Positions 20,123 to 32,157 are shown, counted from the stretch's first letter. The stretch is DNA of 64,000 nucleotides from an uncultured cyanobacterium (GCA_963719515.1 CAVRCJ010000010.1:448001-512000), one strand, 5' to 3'. The notes: generated from the sequence alone by a model not told the origin. Numbers and translations: made by a program.

Positions 20123-22111
20123 CTAGTCAATCGGTTCGTAGTCTGCCACGATGGTTTCGTCCTCATCGTCGAAGCTGTAGTTCTCGTCGCCATCACCCAC
20201 AGGCGCTGACTGGCCATTTATCGCATCGGCGACGACGGTATCCTCCGAACCGTCAACAGCGCCGTCCCTGTCGACAGCGTCGTCCAGATCGCTGACGCGA
20301 TTCGCCTCTCGATAAACCGACGTTCCGATTCCCAGAAGTAGCTGCTGCAGCCCCTCCACTTTGCGCTTAAGGTCGTCTAGCTCAAGCGAGCGATCGGCGA
20401 TCGCGGCTCTGACCTCAGCCACCTGCTCACTGGACTGCGTCTTCAGCGCTTCAGAAATAAACTGGGCGTTGTCGCGCATCGTTTCTTCGTAGCTTCTAAA
20501 TAGCGTCTCGGCGTAGTTCTTGACCTCCGTTCGCTTGATACGCTGCTCGTCTTCCTCGCGGTAGACCTCGGCCTCCTGGCGCATACGCTCAATCTCAGAC
20601 TGCGTCAGCCCGCCGGTATTCGTAATGCGAATGCTCTGCTCACGCCCGGTGCCCTTGTCGCGAGCGCCGACCTGGAGAATGCCGTTGGCGTCAATCTCAA
20701 ACGACACTTCGATTTGTGGAATCCCTCGGGGCGCAGGGGGAATGCCCGTCAGCTGAAATTTGCCTAGGCTTTTGTTGTCCTTGACCATAGCCCGCTCCCC
20801 CTGAAGCACGTGGATCTCCACGGAGGTTTGGCCGTCTGTCGCCGTTGAGAAAGCCTTGGTCTTACTGGTGGGAATGGTGGTGTTACGCTCAATAATCTTG
20901 GTAAAGACTTCGCCCAGGGTTTCGATCCCCAGGGACAGCGGAGTCACGTCTAGAAGCAGCAGGTCTTTGACTTCTCCCCCCAGCACGCCGCCCTGAATCG
21001 CGGCCCCAAGAGCGACCGCCTCATCCGGGTTGACGGATTTGTCTGGAGCTTTGCCGTCGAAGTGATCGCTGATGGCCCGCTGCACCGCCGGAATGCGGGT
21101 TGATCCTCCCACAAGCAAGATCCGATCGACCTCACTGGCCTTCATGTCAGCGTCTTTGAGCGCTTGCACAACGGGCTCAATGGTGGCGCTGACCAAATCG
21201 CCCACCAGCTCCTCAAATTTGGCCCGCGTCAGGTCCATCTCCAGGTGCTTCGGTCCCGTTTCATCCGCCGAAATAAACGGCAGGTTGACCGAAGTGGCCA
21301 GCATGCTCGACAGCTCAACTTTAGCTTTCTCAGCTGCTTCCCGCAGCCGCTGTAAGGCCATGCTGTCAGTCGAGAGATCGATACCTTGCTCTTCGCTGAA
21401 CGCATCGATCATCCAGCGAACCAGGGCGTTGTCAAAATCATCGCCCCCCAGGTGGTTGTTTCCCGCCGTGGCTTTCACCTCAAACACGCCGTCTCCCAGC
21501 TGCAGCAGAGAGACGTCGAAGGTGCCGCCGCCCAGGTCAAACACCAAAACGATTTGGTCTTGGTCCTGTTTGTCCAGGCCGTAGGACAGCGCCGCTGCCG
21601 TGGGCTCGTTGATGATGCGCATCACCTCTAGGCCAGAGATGGTGCCTGCGTCTTTGGTGGCCTGCCGCTGCGCGTCTGTAAAGTACGCGGGCACAGTGAT
21701 GACGGCCTGAGTGACTTCCTCTCCGAGGTAAGCCTCCGCGTCGTCCTTGAGCTTTTGCAGAATCATGGCCGAGACTTCCTGGGCCGTGTAGGTCCGGTCT
21801 CGGATCTGAACGTTGACGGTGTTGTCGCGTCCTTTGGTGCAGCTATAGGGGACACGACCGCGCTCTTCTTGAGTGTCGTCCCACCGCCGGCCAATAAACC
21901 GCTTGATGCTGAAGATAGTATTCTCGGCATTGGTAACCGCCTGCCGCTTGGCAAGCTGGCCTACAAGGCGATCGCCCGCTTTACCAAATCCGACGATGCT
22001 GGGGGTAGTGCGCCCTCCCTCTGAGTTAGGAATAACAATAGGCTGCCCTCCTTCTAAAACAGAAACGCAGCTATTTGTGGTCCCTAAGTCAATACCAATA
22101 ACTTTTCCCAT
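20123..22111 (-). CDS. dnaK: Chaperone DnaK
   Basis: [28 protein letters not shown]. Confidence 0.97.
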   Translation of the reverse strand: MGKVIGIDLGTTNSCVSVLEGGQPIVIPNSEGGRTTPSIVGFGKAGDRLVGQLAKRQAVTNAENTIFSIKRFIGRRWDDTQEERGRVPYSCTKGRDNTVNVQIRDRTYTAQEVSAMILQKLKDDAEAYLGEEVTQAVITVPAYFTDAQRQATKDAGTISGLEVMRIINEPTAAALSYGLDKQDQDQIVLVFDLGGGTFDVSLLQLGDGVFEVKATAGNNHLGGDDFDNALVRWMIDAFSEEQGIDLSTDSMALQRLREAAEKAKVELSSMLATSVNLPFISADETGPKHLEMDLTRAKFEELVGDLVSATIEPVVQALKDADMKASEVDRILLVGGSTRIPAVQRAISDHFDGKAPDKSVNPDEAVALGAAIQGGVLGGEVKDLLLLDVTPLSLGIETLGEVFTKIIERNTTIPTSKTKAFSTATDGQTSVEIHVLQGERAMVKDNKSLGKFQLTGIPPAPRGIPQIEVSFEIDANGILQVGARDKGTGREQSIRITNTGGLTQSEIERMRQEAEVYREEDEQRIKRTEVKNYAETLFRSYEETMRDNAQFISEALKTQSSEQVAEVRAAIADRSLELDDLKRKVEGLQQLLLGIGTSVYREANRVSDLDDAVDRDGAVDGSEDTVVADAINGQSAPVGDGDENYSFDDEDETIVADYEPID

Positions 22112-22454
22112 AATCAGCAGCCATGAATGCGGTTTATTAGGAGCCTTTAACTTTAGCCTTTATTCAGCGACTAGCTTGTCTGATCAGGGCTAATAGCGCT
22201 ATAAAACCCTGAATCAAATAAAAGTCAAATTCACGCAATGCGCCAATAGTGCTGTTTGAACCACCATAGCCGACATCAGTAGGAAATCGCTAGCGCCTCA
22301 AGGATCGAACCCAGTAGAGTCATTCAGCCCAATTACCCAGTGGAAATTTCACCCGCGGGCTTTGGAGCCGTATTGTGTCTTGATCACCCGCTTTTAGAAG
22401 TGCCCGTGAAAGCGGACGCTTGCAACAATTTGCCGGATTTCGCCCTGTCAGCCC

Positions 22455-22539
22455 GCTTCTACAGACCAGTTTGCTCCTACAGCCTGGTTTGCCTCTACAG
22501 CCTAGTTCGCCTCTACAGACTGTGCCCTCTGTAGAGGCG
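22455..22539. repeat. Four degenerate 18-bp CTACAG repeats ending in a perfect 12-bp hairpin
   Basis: GCYYCTACAG units at 22455, 22473, 22491, 22509; CGCCTCTACAGA-N8-TCTGTAGAGGCG. Confidence 0.75.
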
Positions 22540-22552
22540 ACGTATCGCGGTT

Positions 22553-23284
22553 CTAGGCATCTGCGCCAGCATCTACGCCGTCAGAGGTGGCAACTTTTAC
22601 CATGGCGTGGCGTAGAACCCGGTCAGCCAGCGTGTAGCCCCGCACCAGCTGCTCAATCACGACTCCGTCGTCATATTCATTCGTCGGTTCGCGCATCACG
22701 GCTTCGTGTAGGCCTGGGTCAAACGGCTCCCCTTCCGCTCGCATTGGAGAGACCCCTAGCTTCTTAAGGGAGTCTACAAGCTGCTTATACACCCCCTGAT
22801 AGCTTTTGTGGATCGTCATCTCGCTGTCTGTCTGGGGCTTAATTTGCGATCGCGCCCGCTCGAAGTTATCGATTACGGGCAGCATCTCAGAAATGGTTGA
22901 GCATTTGATTTGAACTTCTAGCTCTTGACGCTCTTTCTGCGTCCGCTTACGGAAGTTCTCGAAGTCTGCGGCAATCCGCATATACTGCGCTATCCGCTCG
23001 TCAAGCTGAGCTCGAAGACGCTCGATCTCCTGTTGAAGTGAGTCTGCAGACTGCGCAGGCGAGGTGCCTTCGTCACTCCCGGAAGGACTACCTGAAAATT
23101 GCTCAGGCGATTCATCCAGCATTTCGTTTGGCAGCTCGCTATCCAATTCGTCGTCGAGATTTAGCTCAACCTCATCTAAGGTCGGCCCATCTTCAGGAAG
23201 GGCAGCGTCGCTAGGGCTAGGGCTACTCTCACTGCCCGGCTGAGGTTGATAGTCTTCAAGAGGCTTTTCGTCTTCAATCATCAT
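22553..23284 (-). CDS. grpE: Nucleotide exchange factor GrpE
   Basis: [34 protein letters not shown]. Confidence 0.96.
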   Translation of the reverse strand: MMIEDEKPLEDYQPQPGSESSPSPSDAALPEDGPTLDEVELNLDDELDSELPNEMLDESPEQFSGSPSGSDEGTSPAQSADSLQQEIERLRAQLDERIAQYMRIAADFENFRKRTQKERQELEVQIKCSTISEMLPVIDNFERARSQIKPQTDSEMTIHKSYQGVYKQLVDSLKKLGVSPMRAEGEPFDPGLHEAVMREPTNEYDDGVVIEQLVRGYTLADRVLRHAMVKVATSDGVDAGADA

Positions 23285-23932
23285 GACCCGTAAACATCAA
23301 AATTCAACTCTATATAGACATTTTTACTCTACAGTCAGGTTTTCTAGCTAGGGGAAAACCGTACGACAGCGCAAATCGCTCTATCTTATGAAGCCCAGGA
23401 TAGCACTCCTGAATAAGCTTTAAGAAATGTGAATTATATCCGGATCGCCTGACTGCAGTTCTCTCATTGGTGCTCGAGGCAGGTTTTAACTGGCAGGTCG
23501 CTGTCAACAAGGCAAATCAATAAGGCAGACTAGACGGCCAGGCTTTACTGCAAAATATACAGCCAGCCAGTGTAGTGCTAGCTATAGTTATTGGGTAAGA
23601 TCACAGACATACGACAGGCCCTTCCAGGCGACGAGCACTCACTGACCCCTCATAATAAAGGTCAATGAGTGAAAATAGCGGCGTCGGAGGGCAGCGCGGT
23701 GGAGCGTAACCCCATCGGGCGCTTGTGCTTGACATCGGCGGTGGTGTTCGGTGTGATGGTGTAGTGTGACGGCCTTCCCCGTGACGGTCTTTGGCTACGG
23801 CAATCTTTGCAGAGCCGCAGCGTCGCTCGATGCTGTTGCTCTCTATTAGGTAGGCAATCAAAGCACGTTACCTTACCTCAAGGTGGCTGAGAGGAAGGGA
23901 TAGAGTACAGTTCAAGGATTAATGCAGTAGCT

Positions 23933-25939
23933 ATGGCTAATTCTTCGTCACAAAGGCGCGCGCTCGTCGTCAGACAAGACTTTTCGCCGTTTGGCAATAA
24001 GCTTGTTCAAGCTGGCTATATCGACTCTGAGCAGATGCAGCAGGCGCTCGTCGAAAGCCGAAAATCGGGGCGTCCTCTGACAGACGTGCTAGAAACGCTG
24101 ACGGGAAAAAACCTGCCGCCAGATCTACTCAGGCAGTATAAGAAGCAGCAGCTGTTCGAGCTCAAAATCCTCTTCGGCGTCGAGTCCCTCGATCCAGAAC
24201 TCAGCGAAATCCCGACGACTCAGGTGAGCCACCTGATTGATGGTCTTATCCCGGTGGACACTTGCCGCCGCTACCAGCTTATTCCGCTGTCTCGTAACGA
24301 AACTGAGCCGCCATCGGTGTTGGTGGCCATGGTTGACCCGGACGACTTGTCTGCCCAAGACGACCTCAACCGAATTTTACGCCCTCAAAAACTGGCGCTG
24401 CAGCGCATGGTCATCACCCCAGATGACTACCAGCGGCTGATGTCGCAGTACCTAGACGAAAAGGTTGAGCGCGAAAAGAAGATCGAGCAGGAGTCGCGGG
24501 TTGACGTCCGCTCAGACATCGAAGGGTTGGACTACCTTGACTTAGAGGAAGCCCCCGATGACATGGAGGCCAATCTCGACAGCGCCCTTCAGGATGCCGA
24601 GGCGGCCCCCATTATCTCCCTCGTCAACAAGATGTTGATCAAAGCGCTACAGGGCGACGTCTCTGACATTCACGTCGAGCCCCAGGAAGAGTCGCTGCGG
24701 GTCCGCTACAGGAAAGACGGCGTGCTGCGGGAAGCCTTTGACCCGCTACCTAAAAAGATTGTCCCCTCCGTGACGGCCCGCCTGAAGATCATGGCTAGCC
24801 TGGACATCGCAGAGCGGCGAATTCCTCAAGATGGCCGCATACGCCGACGCTTCGACAATCGCGTTATCGATTTCCGCGTCAGCACCATCCCCAGCCGCTA
24901 TGGTGAGAAAGTTTGTCTACGGATTCTAGACAACTCGGCGACCGAATTTGGTCTAGACGCTTTAATTACCGACCCGGCCAGCCTGCAGATGGTCAAAGAA
25001 ATGGTCAGTCGCCCCTTTGGCCTAATTCTGGTGACGGGGCCGACGGGGTCCGGAAAGACGACGACGCTGTACTCTGCCCTGTCGGAGCGCAATACCCCAG
25101 ATGTCAACATCAATACGGTCGAAGACCCCATTGAGTATTCGCTACCCGGCATTACCCAGGTCCAGGTGATTCGCGAGAAGGGCATCGACTTTGCGTCAGT
25201 GCTGCGCTCCTTTCTACGTCAGGATCCGGACGTGATTCTGGTGGGTGAGACTCGCGATAAGGAGACGGCAAAAACTGCTATCGAGGCGGCCTTGACGGGA
25301 CATTTGGTGATGACGACCCTGCACACCAACGATGCCGCTAGCGCGATCGCCCGCCTAGACGAAATGGGGGTAGAGCCGTTTATGCTGTCGGGCTCGCTGA
25401 TCGGTATCTTGGCCCAGCGCCTCGTGCGGCGCGTCTGCAACAGCTGCCGCCAGCCCTATACCCCATCGAGTGAAGAGCTGTCCCGGTTCGGCCTCTCCGA
25501 CACCGTGGATCTCGAGCGCACCTTCTACCGGGCCACTGTCCTCAGCGTTGAGCAAATCAAAGCTGCTCAGGGAGAGAGCACATTGTGCTCCCACTGCGGA
25601 GGGTCGGGCTATAAAGGGCGCTGCGGCGTTTACGAGGTGATGCGGATGACTGAGACTATCGAAGCCCTGATTACGGGAGGAGCGCCCACCGAGCGCATCA
25701 AAGAGGTCGCTAGCGAAGAAGGCATGAAAACCTTGCTGTCCTATAGCCTTGAGCTTGTCCGTCAAGGGCTAACGACGTTTGAGGAGGTCGAGCGGGTAAC
25801 GCTCACCGACTCGGGACTAGAGGCTGAACTCAAGGCGCGGCGCAAGGCGTCACTGGTTTGCCAGGTGTGTGATGCCGCCCTGCTGCCCGAGTGGTCCAAC
25901 TGTCCGTACTGCACAACGCCGCGATTTCACGGTGGATAG
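23933..25939 (+). CDS. pilB: Type IV pilus assembly ATPase PilB (cyanobacterial PilB1-type Cys-rich C-tail)
   Basis: SDIHVEP, GPTGSGKTTT, LRQDPD, TLHTND; C-terminal CxxC...CPYC. Confidence 0.95.
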   Translation: MANSSSQRRALVVRQDFSPFGNKLVQAGYIDSEQMQQALVESRKSGRPLTDVLETLTGKNLPPDLLRQYKKQQLFELKILFGVESLDPELSEIPTTQVSHLIDGLIPVDTCRRYQLIPLSRNETEPPSVLVAMVDPDDLSAQDDLNRILRPQKLALQRMVITPDDYQRLMSQYLDEKVEREKKIEQESRVDVRSDIEGLDYLDLEEAPDDMEANLDSALQDAEAAPIISLVNKMLIKALQGDVSDIHVEPQEESLRVRYRKDGVLREAFDPLPKKIVPSVTARLKIMASLDIAERRIPQDGRIRRRFDNRVIDFRVSTIPSRYGEKVCLRILDNSATEFGLDALITDPASLQMVKEMVSRPFGLILVTGPTGSGKTTTLYSALSERNTPDVNINTVEDPIEYSLPGITQVQVIREKGIDFASVLRSFLRQDPDVILVGETRDKETAKTAIEAALTGHLVMTTLHTNDAASAIARLDEMGVEPFMLSGSLIGILAQRLVRRVCNSCRQPYTPSSEELSRFGLSDTVDLERTFYRATVLSVEQIKAAQGESTLCSHCGGSGYKGRCGVYEVMRMTETIEALITGGAPTERIKEVASEEGMKTLLSYSLELVRQGLTTFEEVERVTLTDSGLEAELKARRKASLVCQVCDAALLPEWSNCPYCTTPRFHGG

Positions 25940-26076
25940 CGCCGCTGCCCAAGCCGATATCTAGTCCCCCAGTGCCCAGTCTCTGCAGCGCTTTAACCCG
26001 ATACAGCACGTACATACCCCCCACGTTGGCCCAATCCGCTGGCCTTCTCACCCCACCCTTTAGGAGCGATCGCAAC

Positions 26077-27201
26077 ATGATGGACTTGATGATTGAAGAC
26101 TTGATGGAGCAGCTGGTGGAGATGGGAGGCTCTGACCTCCACCTCTCAGCCGGAGTTCCTCCGTATTTCCGCATCGGAGGAAAGCTAACCCCCATCGGAG
26201 ACGAGCCGATGACGGCAGATCAATGTCAAAGACTGATCTTCAGCATGCTCAACAACACTCAGCGCAAAACCCTAGAGCAAACCTGGGAGTTGGACTGCTC
26301 CTACGGCGTCAAAGGGCTGGCTCGCTTCAGGGTCAACGTCTACAAAGATCGCGGCACTTACGCGGCCTGCTTAAGGGCTTTGAGCTCGAATATTCCGACC
26401 TTCGAGAAGCTGGGCCTACCTGATGTGGTGCGAGAGATGGCGGAAAAGCCCCGGGGTCTGATTTTGGTGACGGGGCCAACGGGGTCTGGCAAGACCACAA
26501 CCCTAGCGGCCATGATTGACCTCATTAACCGCACTAGGGCTGAGCACATCTTGACCGTCGAAGACCCGATCGAGTTTGTCTACGGTCCGGTCAAGAGCCT
26601 GATCCACCAGCGACAGCTCGGCGAAGATACCAAAAGCTTCGCCAATGCCCTGCGCTCGGCCCTGCGGGAAGACCCAGACATTATCCTAGTGGGCGAATTG
26701 CGGGACCTAGAAACTATTTCTCTAGCCATCACGGCGGCAGAAACGGGTCACCTGGTGTTTGGCACCCTGCACACCAGCTCTGCGGCTCAAACCGTTGACC
26801 GTATGATCGACGTCTTTCCTGCAGACAAGCAAACCCAGGTGCGCGTTCAGCTCTCCAACTCTCTGGTTGCGGTATTCAGCCAAACCCTGATTCCTCGCAT
26901 GAAGCCCAAACCCGGCGAATTCGCGCGCGTGATGGCGCAGGAAATTATGGTGGTGACGCCAGCGATCGCCAACCTGATTCGAGAGGGTAAAACGTCTCAG
27001 ATCTATTCAGCTATTCAAACGGGCGGAAAACTGGGAATGCGGACCTTGGAGCGAGTGCTAGCGGACCTCTACAAGTCGGGAGCCATCTCGTTTGACGCAG
27101 CCATGTCTAAAACCTCCAAGCCGGATGAAATGCAGCGTCTGATTAGCGGGGGAACAAAGCCAGCCAACCCAGGTCCTTACGCCGCTGCTGCCCGCCGATA
27201 G
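26077..27201 (+). CDS. pilT: Type IV pilus retraction ATPase PilT
   Basis: GSDLHL, GPTGSGKTTTLA, ALREDPD, AIANLIRE; ATG 26077 after AGGAG. Confidence 0.95.
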   Translation: MMDLMIEDLMEQLVEMGGSDLHLSAGVPPYFRIGGKLTPIGDEPMTADQCQRLIFSMLNNTQRKTLEQTWELDCSYGVKGLARFRVNVYKDRGTYAACLRALSSNIPTFEKLGLPDVVREMAEKPRGLILVTGPTGSGKTTTLAAMIDLINRTRAEHILTVEDPIEFVYGPVKSLIHQRQLGEDTKSFANALRSALREDPDIILVGELRDLETISLAITAAETGHLVFGTLHTSSAAQTVDRMIDVFPADKQTQVRVQLSNSLVAVFSQTLIPRMKPKPGEFARVMAQEIMVVTPAIANLIREGKTSQIYSAIQTGGKLGMRTLERVLADLYKSGAISFDAAMSKTSKPDEMQRLISGGTKPANPGPYAAAARR

Positions 27202-27281
27202 TCGCGCTAGACCCGTTTGCATTCCAAATCTTGCATCCCGAATCCTGCAGTAACCTTGCATCCCGTTGAGAGGACGTCGCC

Positions 27282-28497
27282 ATGCCCACCTACACCGTTC
27301 AAGCTAGAGACACGCGAGGCAATTTTCGGCGGTTGAAGGTGCCAGCCGCCTCTGCCGCCGAAGCCAGAGGAATTTTGCGCGATCGCGGTCTTTTTGTTCA
27401 AGACCTAAAAGAGGCCAAAGGCTTCAACTTCAACAACCTCAGCTTTGACGGCCTTACCAGAGCGATGACGCGGGTGAGCGTTAAGGACAAAGCCGTCTTC
27501 TCGCGCCAGTTTGCCGTGCTGATCAACGCCGGGATTGCCATCGTTAGGGGATTGGGCATTTTGGCGGAGCAAACCCCCAATCCCAAATTAAAAAAGGCGC
27601 TGCAAGAGGTGAATAGCGATGTGCAGCAGGGGACGACTCTCGCCGATTCCATGAGCCGGCATCCCAACTGCTTCGATAACCTGTACGTCAGCATGGTGCA
27701 GGCAGGCGAAACGGGCGGCGTGCTGGACGAGGTGATGAACCGCCTTTCCAAACTGCTAGAGGACATGGCGCGGCTCAACAACCAGATCAAGTCAGCCATG
27801 ACCTACCCCATCGCCGTCGGCGTGATTGCGATCTCTGTCTTTTTGGGCATGACGGTATTTTTGCTTCCGACCTTTGCCAACATTTTCGAAGAACTAGACG
27901 CCGAGCTGCCCGTCTTCACCCAGTTCATGCTGGGTATCAGCGACTTCTTGCGCAACCCGGTTTATATTGTGGTTCTGCTGGTGGTCATCCTGGCGCTGGC
28001 CTTTGCCTTTCGGCAGTACTACTCCACCCGCGTCGGCCGAGAGACCGTCGATCGGATGTTGCTCAAGCTGCCGCTCTTTGGCGACCTGATTCAAAAAACC
28101 GCCGTGGCCCGCTTTTGTCGAACCTTTGGAGCTCTGTCCCGCTCTGGGGTTCCCATTCTCTCCTCTCTAGAAATTGTCCGCGACACGACGGGCAATCAGG
28201 TGATTTCCAACGCTATCGATGTGGCCCGCCAAAAGATTCAAACCGGGGGCGTCATCAGCTTGGCGCTGCAGCAGGAGAAGGTGTTTCCGCCCATGGCGAT
28301 TCAGATGATCAACATCGGTGAGGAGACCGGAGAGCTGGACACCATGCTGATGAAGGTGGCCGACTTCTATGAGGATGAGGTGGAGCAGGCGGTGAAAGCT
28401 CTGACCTCCATCATGGAGCCCATCATGATTGTGGTGCTGGGGGGCATGGTTGGCTCTATTTTGATCGCCATGTACCTGCCTATTTTTCGCGTCATGG

Positions 28498-28511
<14 letters not shown>
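27282..28511 (+). CDS. pilC: Type IV pilus platform protein PilC
   Basis: Two T2SSF repeats: GETGGVLD, GEETGELD, AMYLPIF. Confidence 0.95.
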
Positions 28512-29607
<1,096 letters not shown>

Positions 29608-29687
29608 TGCAGAAAATTCTTACGGGTTTGGGGCTTTATTGATGAATATCAAACTGGTAAGTACTGTGTCTTGATGGGTGAAGGGCG

Positions 29688-31238
29688 ATGACCGGCGGAG
29701 AATTTAATTTAAGGCAGCTCCTAAGAGAAAGGTGGGTGAGGCAGCTACGGCGACCGCTGCTGGCTGTGTTGGTTGCCCTGCTCAGCTTTAGCGCTGTGCT
29801 GCAGTCGGGCGTCCATCCTGCCCAAGGCCGCACAGCGCCCTATTGCCAAAGCCTCAGCGCAGACCCAAGCGCCCCAGCCACCAAAGACACCCTGCGGCAG
29901 GCTGCCCTATCTGGAGATCCCGCCGCACAGCAGGCCTATCGCACTGCTGTGGCCCAAAGTGCAACAGACCTGCAGCGCTGCCGCGCCCAAAACTGGCCTA
30001 AGCAGCAGGCTATCTGGCTGAGGCTTTACCCCTGCGATGCCCGGCCCGGCGTGGTGGATGAAGTTCTTGACCACATCGTAGACCTGGGCTACAACCAGGT
30101 TTACCTAGAGGCCTTTTACAACGGTCAGGTGCTGCTGCCTACGAGCGCTAACGCTACAGCATGGCCGTCTGTGGTGCGTAACCCCGGCTATGAGAGCGTC
30201 GACCTGCTGGCGGAGACCATTGCCAAAGGTCACGAACGGGGACTGAAGGTGTACGCCTGGATGTTCACCATGAATTTTGGCTATTCCTACGGCAGCGCCA
30301 ATCCCGCAGTCCTGGCCCTCAATGGCCGGGGGCAAACCAGCATTGCTGCTTTTGAAGCGGCCCGCCGCGAGTTCACCGACGCCAACAGCTCGGAAGAGGT
30401 CTTCATCGATCCCTACAGCGATAAGGCGAAGCAAGACTACTACGCCATGGCCCAGGCGATCGCCCAGCGCCAGCCCGACGGTATGCTGTTTGACTATGTG
30501 CGCTACCCGCGCGGCTTTGGGGGAGAGTCGGTGGCTAGCCGGGCGCAGGATCTGTGGATTTACGGCGATGCGGCCCGCAATGCTCTACTGGAGCGATCGC
30601 TCAACCCGAGCGGCAGGGCGCTGATTGAAAAGTTCATGGCCCAAGGCTATGTGACCGTAGGGGACGTCGCGACAGCTCAGGGTCAGTTTCCCGACGACCT
30701 GCTTCCCCAGTGGCAGGGCCAGCAGCTTCCCGACGACGTCACGGATCTGACTGCCGACGAACTTGCACCTCTGCTCAGCCAGCAGCTGTGGGACCTAAGC
30801 GTGGGGCATGCAACTCAAGGCGTGCTCGACTTTTTAGCGGTGGCGCGACTGGCGGCGGAGCGGGCCGGGCTTCCTACCGGGGCGGTCTTTTTCCCAGAGG
30901 CCAACGCAGCGGTGAGTCAGGGCTACGACTCGCGGCTGCAGCCCTGGGATCGCTTTCCCACCACCATGGAGTGGCACCCCATGGCCTACGGCGTCTGCGG
31001 CGACGCGAGCTGCGTGCTCTCTAAGATTCAGCGAGTCTTAGATAAGTCGCCAGTCCCAGCGCAGGTGATGCCTGTATTAGCGGGAGCCTGGGGCCGGACG
31101 CTGCAGAGCCATCCCTCTCTAGAGGTGCAGATGAACGCGATTCGACAGGCTATGCCCCAGCTGCAAACCGTCAGCCATTTCGCCTATTCCTGGCAAGATC
31201 CAGAGCGGGATGGCAGCCGCAGATTCTGTAGACTATAG
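29688..31238 (+). CDS. Glycoside-hydrolase-like 10 (DUF187) family secreted protein
   Basis: Signal peptide; GHERGLKVYAW, DGMLFDYVRYP. Confidence 0.8.
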   Translation: MTGGEFNLRQLLRERWVRQLRRPLLAVLVALLSFSAVLQSGVHPAQGRTAPYCQSLSADPSAPATKDTLRQAALSGDPAAQQAYRTAVAQSATDLQRCRAQNWPKQQAIWLRLYPCDARPGVVDEVLDHIVDLGYNQVYLEAFYNGQVLLPTSANATAWPSVVRNPGYESVDLLAETIAKGHERGLKVYAWMFTMNFGYSYGSANPAVLALNGRGQTSIAAFEAARREFTDANSSEEVFIDPYSDKAKQDYYAMAQAIAQRQPDGMLFDYVRYPRGFGGESVASRAQDLWIYGDAARNALLERSLNPSGRALIEKFMAQGYVTVGDVATAQGQFPDDLLPQWQGQQLPDDVTDLTADELAPLLSQQLWDLSVGHATQGVLDFLAVARLAAERAGLPTGAVFFPEANAAVSQGYDSRLQPWDRFPTTMEWHPMAYGVCGDASCVLSKIQRVLDKSPVPAQVMPVLAGAWGRTLQSHPSLEVQMNAIRQAMPQLQTVSHFAYSWQDPERDGSRRFCRL

Positions 31239-31355
31239 CGCTCTCCTGAGTAACTTTTGTCAGCCCAGGGCCTTTCCTGCAGCTGGCCACATCCTTGAGC
31301 TTGGCAAGACGACTGCCGCCTATAATTTCAATCTATTAGTGAGGCTTTAGCTACT

Positions 31356-31742
31356 AGACAGGAAGCCCCGCGCTCTACCCGTCAGGGTGAGCGTCGGGAT
31401 GAGAGTCGCGCTGGCCGAAGTGCGCCCGCAAAATGATGCACAGCGGATAGTGCGCTCAGCGCTGAGGCTAGCAGTTGGTATGATAGAGATAGCAAGGTGA
31501 TACACCCCGCAAAGAGTGTGACGGGCCCGTAGGCGAAAGCTGCAAGTCACCCGTTCCTCAGTTTGCAAATGTATCTGCGACACATAGTGCGTATCCTCCC
31601 TCGCGGAGATGAAAATTCAAAACTCTGCCGTGGGGCATCAGGCGGAGTATAAACCTATCTCAGGATATGTCTCGGCAATAGCTGGGAGTCACTGAGGAAG
31701 CCCGCGCTGTACAGCTTGCTGTCAGCGTCGGGAGGATGTCAC
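31356..31742 (+). mobile_element. ORF-less IS200/IS605-type element (left junction approximate)
   Basis: Two related subterminal hairpins GAAGCCC(C)GCGCT...AGCGTCGGGA at about 31362-31399 and 31697-31733; right end GGATGTCAC; no credible ORF between them. Confidence 0.8.
31476..31484 (+). promoter_or_regulatory. Extended -10 promoter-like motif inside the ORF-less element
   Basis: TGGTATGAT (TGn-TAnnaT) directly before the structured region. Confidence 0.55.
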
Positions 31743-31762
31743 CAAATGTCACCCAAAGAGCG
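31491..31762 (+). ncRNA. Candidate omegaRNA-like structured RNA (scaffold plus about 20-nt flank-derived guide)
   Basis: GNRA-capped hairpins, ACTCTGCC/GGCGGAGT stem, long-range TTCCTCAGT/ACTGAGGAA pairing, terminal right-end hairpin. Confidence 0.55.
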
Positions 31763-32027
31763 ACCTAACGGCAACGAGCAGCAGACGACGCCTGCAAATC
31801 TGGTTCAGCGCTTTCTACTTGGCGCTTTCTTCAGCGGCCTGTTCGTCTTCGTCTACTTGACGCTATCCCTTGAGATGACCCATGTGTCTCTGATGGAGTT
31901 TGGCAGACTCAAGCTAGCGGCAGCGATCGCCGCCCCTGTTCTGTGTGGCATAGCGTCCGCTGCCTATGGAGACCGAGCTACCAAGCTAATTGCGGCAACG
32001 ATGGATTCCGTCAATCTCCCCTTCTAG
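31746..32027 (+). CDS. Small two-TM hypothetical protein
   Basis: 93 aa from ATG 31746; two hydrophobic helices. Confidence 0.65.
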   Translation: MSPKERPNGNEQQTTPANLVQRFLLGAFFSGLFVFVYLTLSLEMTHVSLMEFGRLKLAAAIAAPVLCGIASAAYGDRATKLIAATMDSVNLPF

Positions 32028-32115
32028 AGGAAGCGCTACCTAAAGCGTTGCCCAATGCCCTATCGGTTTCCTCGCGTATGCTGCTGCGACTGTTCACCGT
32101 AGCGACTAGTCCGCC

Positions 32116-32141
32116 CTCCAGCCACAGCACTGTGGCTGGAG
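32116..32141 (-). terminator. Hairpin downstream of tRNA-Ala (boundaries approximate)
   Basis: CCTCCAGCCACA-GCAC-TGTGGCTGGAGG. Confidence 0.5.
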
Positions 32142-32157
32142 GACAGCACTGCCATTA

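Noticed and set aside
22455..22539. Possible mini CRISPR array
   Set aside because: Units are 18-bp contiguous degenerate repeats without unique spacers, and there are no cas genes.
23400..23430. CIRCE element upstream of grpE
   Set aside because: Only a TAGCACTC half-site; the inverted half 9 bp away is missing.
31356..31742. IStron (group I intron) or IscB-type HEARO RNA
   Set aside because: The element ends in TCAC rather than a terminal G, I could not identify a P7 core, and the structure abuts the right end as for TnpB omegaRNA. Not formally excluded without a covariance-model search.
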